Assembly: GCA_902598655.1 (NCBI GenBank) | Contig: CACKCQ010000002.1 | Span: forward strand, 71,744-135,743 | Source of the DNA: an uncultured Pelagibacteraceae bacterium | GTDB lineage: Bacteria; Pseudomonadota; Alphaproteobacteria; Pelagibacterales; Pelagibacteraceae | Reading direction: 5' to 3' | Length of the DNA: 64,000 nt | The notes under the pieces: model-generated | Told to the model about the DNA's origin: nothing | Database searches by the model: none | What the model saw: the letters and a program-made list of their open reading frames with translations, nothing else | Program-made: the position numbers and the translations under genes | Shown: positions 58,953-64,000 of the stretch, piece after piece | Layout: the number at the start of each line of letters is the position of its first letter | Position numbering within the stretch: the first letter of the stretch is position 1

Positions 58953-60506
58953 GTGTTATATTTTTCTAAATTAAGAGTTTTTAGTGTTTTAATTTTTACA
59001 CTTATTATTTCATATTTTACTATTTCCAATTTTACAAAAGTTGATGATGAATTTTTCTCAAAAAATATAAAATTAGGATTAGATTTACAAGGTGGCTCTT
59101 ATTTATTGTTAGAGATAGATAACGAACCAGTCATTACTCAAAGATTGCAAAGTAAAGTATTAGAGTTTAAAAAATTTTTCAAAGATAAAGATATTAAGGT
59201 TAGAAATTTTGTAATTGAGGATAAGTCAATTATATTCGATGTTGAAAATTCTAAGATTGAGGATGTTAAATCTCTTTTAGATGATGATAAAAGTGAGATA
59301 AATCCTTATTTTCAACAATATAAATCCCATCAATTTAACTTTGAAAACATGGATACCTCATTCAAGTTAGAATTTTCTGACTATGGATTAGTATTGTTAA
59401 AAAATTCATCATTAGATCAAGCAATTGAAATTGTAAGAAGAAGAGTTGATGAAGTAGGAACTAATGAGCCAAATATTTTAAAAAGAGGTAATGATAGAAT
59501 TCTTGTTGAGTTGCCAGGATTAGACGATCCTGGTAGAATTAAATCTTTATTAGGTAAAACAGCAAACCTAACATTCCAATTTATATCCAGTAGTTCTGAA
59601 GAATCATTTGGAACAGAAAAACTTTCTTTTGAAGATGGCTCTAGTGAAGCCATTGTTAGTAAACGAATTGTTTTAAGTGGTGATAATCTTATGGATGCCA
59701 AGCCAACTATGAATAATCAAACTAATGAGACTGTTGTTTCATTTAGTTTAGATAGGGTAGGAGCAAAAAAGTTTGGTAAAGCGACTTCAAATGGTGTTGG
59801 AAAAAGGTTAGCAATTGTTTTGGATGGAAAAATTATTAGCGCTCCTGAAGTCAGAGAACCAATTATTGGAGGAAATGGACAGATATCTGGTAATTTCACC
59901 TTTCAATCAGCAACAGATTTAGCTTTACTTTTAAGATCGGGTGCTTTGCCGGCTCCACTTAATATTATCGAAGAAAGAACTGTAGGTCCTGACCTTGGAA
60001 AAGACTCAATTAATGCAGGAATTATGTCATTGATAATAGGATTTATCTTAGTCGTTGCCTTTATGTTTTATAAATATAGATTTTTTGGCTTAATTGCTAA
60101 CTTAGCCTTAATTTCTAATTTATTTTTATTAGTCGGTATTCTAACATTATTTGAAGCAACTCTTACACTCCCTGGAATTGCAGGTATTATTTTAACAGTA
60201 GGTATGGCTGTTGATGCAAATGTTTTAATTTTTGAGAGAATTAAAGAAGAATTAAAAAATGAAAATAATTCAATTGTAGCCTTTGATTCTGGGTATACAA
60301 AATCACGAACAACAATTTTAGATGCCAATATTACAACTTTAATCGCTGCTGTAATCCTTTTTTTTATGGGATCAGGTCCAATCAAAGGCTTTTCTATAAC
60401 GCTTGGAGTTGGAATACTTACAACACTATTTTCAGTATATTTCATTGCTCGTTTGATTACTGCTTACTATGTCATCAAAAATAAACATAAGGAAAAACTT
60501 ATATAA
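58953..60506 (+). CDS. secD: Protein translocase subunit SecD
   Basis: LGLDLQGG, LRSGALPA and GMAVDANVLIFER motifs; GTG start. Confidence 0.97.
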   Translation: MLYFSKLRVFSVLIFTLIISYFTISNFTKVDDEFFSKNIKLGLDLQGGSYLLLEIDNEPVITQRLQSKVLEFKKFFKDKDIKVRNFVIEDKSIIFDVENSKIEDVKSLLDDDKSEINPYFQQYKSHQFNFENMDTSFKLEFSDYGLVLLKNSSLDQAIEIVRRRVDEVGTNEPNILKRGNDRILVELPGLDDPGRIKSLLGKTANLTFQFISSSSEESFGTEKLSFEDGSSEAIVSKRIVLSGDNLMDAKPTMNNQTNETVVSFSLDRVGAKKFGKATSNGVGKRLAIVLDGKIISAPEVREPIIGGNGQISGNFTFQSATDLALLLRSGALPAPLNIIEERTVGPDLGKDSINAGIMSLIIGFILVVAFMFYKYRFFGLIANLALISNLFLLVGILTLFEATLTLPGIAGIILTVGMAVDANVLIFERIKEELKNENNSIVAFDSGYTKSRTTILDANITTLIAAVILFFMGSGPIKGFSITLGVGILTTLFSVYFIARLITAYYVIKNKHKEKLI

Positions 60507-61399
60507 TGAAAACAATATATTTTAATAAGTTTTATAAAAGTTTTAATATACTTTCAGGTATATTAATTATTGCTTCCTTAGTTTTCTTAGTTTTTAAAGG
60601 ATTGAATTTTGGTGTTGATTTTAAAGGGGGTACTTTAATAGAGCTAAGGACTGACAAATCTTCTGCTAATATCACAAAAATAAGAGATAGTTTTAATCAA
60701 ATGAATCTTGGTGATGTTTCAGTGAAAAATTTTGGTAATGAAACAGATTTTGTAGTTAAATTTGAAAAACAAAATTCAAATGACCCACAATTTATAGAGG
60801 AGATAAAAACTAAGCTATCAAATTCGATAGGCACTGTTGATTTTAGAAGAGTAGAAAATGTTGGGCCAAAAGTTAGTGCAGAGCTTTTGAGATCAGGTGT
60901 AATAGCGATAGCTTTATCTTTAGCAGCTATGCTTTTATATATATGGATCAGATTTGAGTGGCAATTTAGTCTTGGAGCTATTTTAGCTTTATTTCATGAC
61001 GTTATAATTACATTAGGAGTATTTTCTGTATTTTCATTAGAAATCAATCTTTCTATCGTTGCAGCTGTTTTAACAATAGTTGGATATTCAATGAATGATA
61101 CAGTTGTAATATTTGATAGAGTTAGAGAAAATTTGCGTAAATATGCAGATGTTAAAATATTTGAACTTACAAATATCTCAATAAATGAAACTTTATCACG
61201 AACAATAATAACTTCAGTTACTACATTGTTGGCACTTTTATCTATATTTATTTTTGGTGGAGAAATATTAAAAGGATTTTCATTAGCAATGATATTAGGA
61301 GTAATTTTTGGAACTTATTCATCTATTTATATTGCAAACCCAGTGTTGGTTTCTTTAAAAGTTAGCCAAAGAACGATTGTTAAGGAAGAAAAAGAATAA
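60506..61399 (+). CDS. secF: Protein translocase subunit SecF
   Basis: GVDFKGG, GYSMNDTVVIFDRVREN and GTYSS motifs. Confidence 0.97.
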   Translation: MKTIYFNKFYKSFNILSGILIIASLVFLVFKGLNFGVDFKGGTLIELRTDKSSANITKIRDSFNQMNLGDVSVKNFGNETDFVVKFEKQNSNDPQFIEEIKTKLSNSIGTVDFRRVENVGPKVSAELLRSGVIAIALSLAAMLLYIWIRFEWQFSLGAILALFHDVIITLGVFSVFSLEINLSIVAAVLTIVGYSMNDTVVIFDRVRENLRKYADVKIFELTNISINETLSRTIITSVTTLLALLSIFIFGGEILKGFSLAMILGVIFGTYSSIYIANPVLVSLKVSQRTIVKEEKE

Positions 61400-62002
61400 T
61401 TAATAAAGATTTTGTGCTGCTACCATTGTTAACAACATTGGTAATGATAAAAGTGTGTTTGTTCTAGAAAACAGCATTGCAGTCTTTGCTGACTTAGCTT
61501 TAACTTCAGGTTCACACTCAACCATACCTAAAGCTCTTTTTTGATTTGGCCAGATAACAAACCAAACATTGAATGCCATTATTAATCCTAACCACATTCC
61601 AATTCCTATTGCAGTATTTTTTCCACCGCCAGATCCAATTCCTAATGTCATCGCTTGATGAACGTATCCATTAAAATAGGCTAATAATAATCCTGATATA
61701 ATTGTAAATAGCGCTGCCCATCTAAACCAAAATAATGCTGCAGGAGCTATAACTTTGCCTATTGCTGGTTTTTGTTCGTCTGGAATTTTAGCCATGTTGG
61801 GAATTTGAACAAAATTGAAATACCACAGTAAACCAATCCACATAATACTTACAGTTACATGTACGTATCTTAATAACCAGCTCCAAAATAAAACATCAAA
61901 ATCAAATCCACCATTACCTATGTAAAGACCAATGAATAGTAATATTGCAATAGCCAATGATAAATGAACAGTTTTTGATAATGATTGTAATATTGAAGTC
62001 AT
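61400..62002 (-). CDS. PuuD / urate oxidase N-terminal-domain membrane protein
   Basis: HV...MWIGLLWYFNFVQ, FRWAA, NVWFVIWPNQK and SRTNT motifs. Confidence 0.82.
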   Translation of the reverse strand: MTSILQSLSKTVHLSLAIAILLFIGLYIGNGGFDFDVLFWSWLLRYVHVTVSIMWIGLLWYFNFVQIPNMAKIPDEQKPAIGKVIAPAALFWFRWAALFTIISGLLLAYFNGYVHQAMTLGIGSGGGKNTAIGIGMWLGLIMAFNVWFVIWPNQKRALGMVECEPEVKAKSAKTAMLFSRTNTLLSLPMLLTMVAAQNLY

Positions 62003-62037
62003 CTATAAGATGATTTTATATTATTTTTCTATAAAGA

Positions 62038-64000
62038 TTAAGCGGTTTTTTTAAATTTTGTATCTAATAAAGGCTTTAAAAATTTACCTGTATAGCTATC
62101 TTTCACCTTTGCAACTTCTTCGGGTTTGCCTTCAGCAATAATATTTCCACCTTTAACACCGCCCTCGGGTCCCATATCCACAATATAATCTGCAGTTTTG
62201 ATAACATCTAAATTATGCTCAATAACTACAACTGAATTACCCGTTGCAACAAATGTGTGTAAAATTTCCAAAAGTTTTTTTATATCATGTTGATGCAATC
62301 CAGTAGTTGGTTCATCTAATATATACATTGTTCTTCCTGTAGATCTTTTAGATAATTCTTTAGCAAGCTTTATACGCTGAGCCTCTCCACCAGAAAGAGT
62401 TGTAGCTTGCTGACCAATTTTTATGTAGCCAAGACCAACTTTCTTTAACGTTAGAAGTTTAGTTTTGATGTTTGAAATATTTTCAAAATACTCACATCCT
62501 TCATCAACAGTCATATTTAAAACATCTGCAATACTCTTATCTTTGAATTTAATCTCTAATGTTTCTCTGTTGTATCTAGTACCTTTGCATTCATCGCATG
62601 TTATGTAAACATCAGGAAGAAAGTGCATTTCGTAAGTAATTACACCATCTCCTTCACATGCTTCACATCTCCCACCCTTTACATTGAAGGAAAATCTTCC
62701 AGGTTTATAGCCTCTACTTTTTGCTTCAGGTAAATTGGTAAACCAGTCTCTTATAGGACCAAAAGCTCCAGTATATGTAGCAGGATTTGATCTAGGAGTT
62801 CTACCAATTGGTGATTGATCTATATCTATAACTTTATCAATTAATTCTATTCCTTTAAATCCTCTAAATGGCTGAGGAATTTTTCTAGATTTATTATTAT
62901 TCAAAGTAAGATTTAATGCATTGTATAAAGTTTGAAGTATCAAAGTAGATTTACCACTTCCAGATACACCAGTAACACAAGTGAAACTACCTAAAGGTAT
63001 TTTTAAATTTACGTTATTTAAATTATTTCCAGATGCACCATTGATTTCTAAAAATCTACCATTTTTTGCAAGTCTTCTATTTTTTGGAATAGGTATGAAA
63101 CTCTTATTTGATAAATATCTTCCAGTAATACTTTTGTCATTTTTTAAAATTTGCTCATACGTACCTTCAGCAACAATTTCTCCACCTTTATTTCCAGCTT
63201 CAGGTCCTAAATCTATTATATGATCTGCATTCTCCATTGTTTCTGTATCGTGCTCAACAACAATAACAGTATTACCTAAGTCTCTTAATCTTTTTAATGC
63301 ATCTATAAGCTTAACATTATCTTTTTGATGTAAACCAATTGATGGTTCATCTAAAACGTATAGAACTCCAGTTAAACCTGATCCTATTTGTGAAGCTAGT
63401 CTAATCCTTTGTGCTTCACCACCAGATAATGTTCCAGACTCTCTAGATAAAGTTAAATAATCAAGACCAACATTTAAAAGAAAATCTAAACGTTCATTAA
63501 TTTCTTTTAATATATGTTGAGCAATTTTAATTTGTCTTTTGTCTAATTTAACTTCTAAAGATCTAAACCATTCCTTAGCATCAAAAATTGATTTTTCTGT
63601 AACTTGGCTTATGTTTAATTCATTTATTTTAACACACAGAGCTTCATCTTTTAATCGATAACCATTGCATCTTTCACATTTTGTATCAGATTGATATTGA
63701 GCAATTTCTTCTCTTTTCCAATCGCTATCTGTTTCTAAATATCTTCTCTCTAGATTATTGACAACACCTTCAAAGGTTTTTTTATGCGAATACTTCTCAT
63801 AGCCATCGTCATAAGTAAATTTAATTTCTTCATCATCAGATCCATACAAAATTACATCCTTAATTTTTTTTGTTAGTTTTGACCATTTATCATCTAATGA
63901 AAAACCATAATGTTTAGATAAAGATGCCAATGTTTGTGCGTAATACATTGATGTAGATTTTGCCCAAGGTTCAATTGCACCATCTGCGATAGATTTTTTT
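62038..64000 (-). CDS. uvrA: Excinuclease ABC subunit A (5' part outside window)
   Basis: [31 protein letters not shown] and zinc-finger CEAC..CDEC motifs; frame stays open to the window end. Confidence 0.98.
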   Translation of the reverse strand, partial: KKSIADGAIEPWAKSTSMYYAQTLASLSKHYGFSLDDKWSKLTKKIKDVILYGSDDEEIKFTYDDGYEKYSHKKTFEGVVNNLERRYLETDSDWKREEIAQYQSDTKCERCNGYRLKDEALCVKINELNISQVTEKSIFDAKEWFRSLEVKLDKRQIKIAQHILKEINERLDFLLNVGLDYLTLSRESGTLSGGEAQRIRLASQIGSGLTGVLYVLDEPSIGLHQKDNVKLIDALKRLRDLGNTVIVVEHDTETMENADHIIDLGPEAGNKGGEIVAEGTYEQILKNDKSITGRYLSNKSFIPIPKNRRLAKNGRFLEINGASGNNLNNVNLKIPLGSFTCVTGVSGSGKSTLILQTLYNALNLTLNNNKSRKIPQPFRGFKGIELIDKVIDIDQSPIGRTPRSNPATYTGAFGPIRDWFTNLPEAKSRGYKPGRFSFNVKGGRCEACEGDGVITYEMHFLPDVYITCDECKGTRYNRETLEIKFKDKSIADVLNMTVDEGCEYFENISNIKTKLLTLKKVGLGYIKIGQQATTLSGGEAQRIKLAKELSKRSTGRTMYILDEPTTGLHQHDIKKLLEILHTFVATGNSVVVIEHNLDVIKTADYIVDMGPEGGVKGGNIIAEGKPEEVAKVKDSYTGKFLKPLLDTKFKKTA

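Noticed and set aside
952-63223. Remaining short opposite-strand ORFs nested in long genes (e.g. 2452-2865, 4527-4886, 22673-23032, 43552-43881, 51681-52145, 60068-60445)
   Set aside because: Fully antisense to well-supported genes, with no SD or recognisable motifs; expected from codon bias.

Overview
Very AT-rich, extremely compact alphaproteobacterial chromosome segment. Gene order, tiny or overlapping intergenic spacers and protein content point to SAR11/Pelagibacterales (inferred, not searched). Two housekeeping blocks flank an accessory block. The left block (1-27 kb) holds ppiD, tpiA, secG, pyrG, kdsA, eno, ftsB, lipA, ispDF, ntrYX, trkAH, aapJQMP, three tRNAs, valS, ilvD and manC. The right block (48.5-64 kb) holds xth, erpA, dgt, argS, nagZ, scpAB, tatABC, serS, yajC-secDF and uvrA. 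The accessory block (~27.2-48.5 kb) is a phosphate-starvation and metal(loid) region. It contains a Lys-rich small protein and a DAG-kinase-family gene divergent from plcP-agt (lipid remodelling), phoR, an unknown exported protein, pstSCAB-phoU-phoB, sixA and ppk1-ppx. It also contains an ArsR-less operon (small 3-TM protein-arsC-aquaporin-Nudix) and znuABC-zur. Reading the spacers reveals 11-bp-periodic Pho boxes before pstS, plcP, the DAG kinase gene and the ars operon; the ars-operon box shares an exact 20-mer with the plcP box. Tandem Zur boxes lie between znuC and znuA. The best candidate for a new system is a PhoB-wired (not ArsR-wired) arsenate-defence module with two uncharacterised components. 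No rRNA, CRISPR array, integrase or transposase was seen. All calls come from motif recognition and synteny, without database searches.
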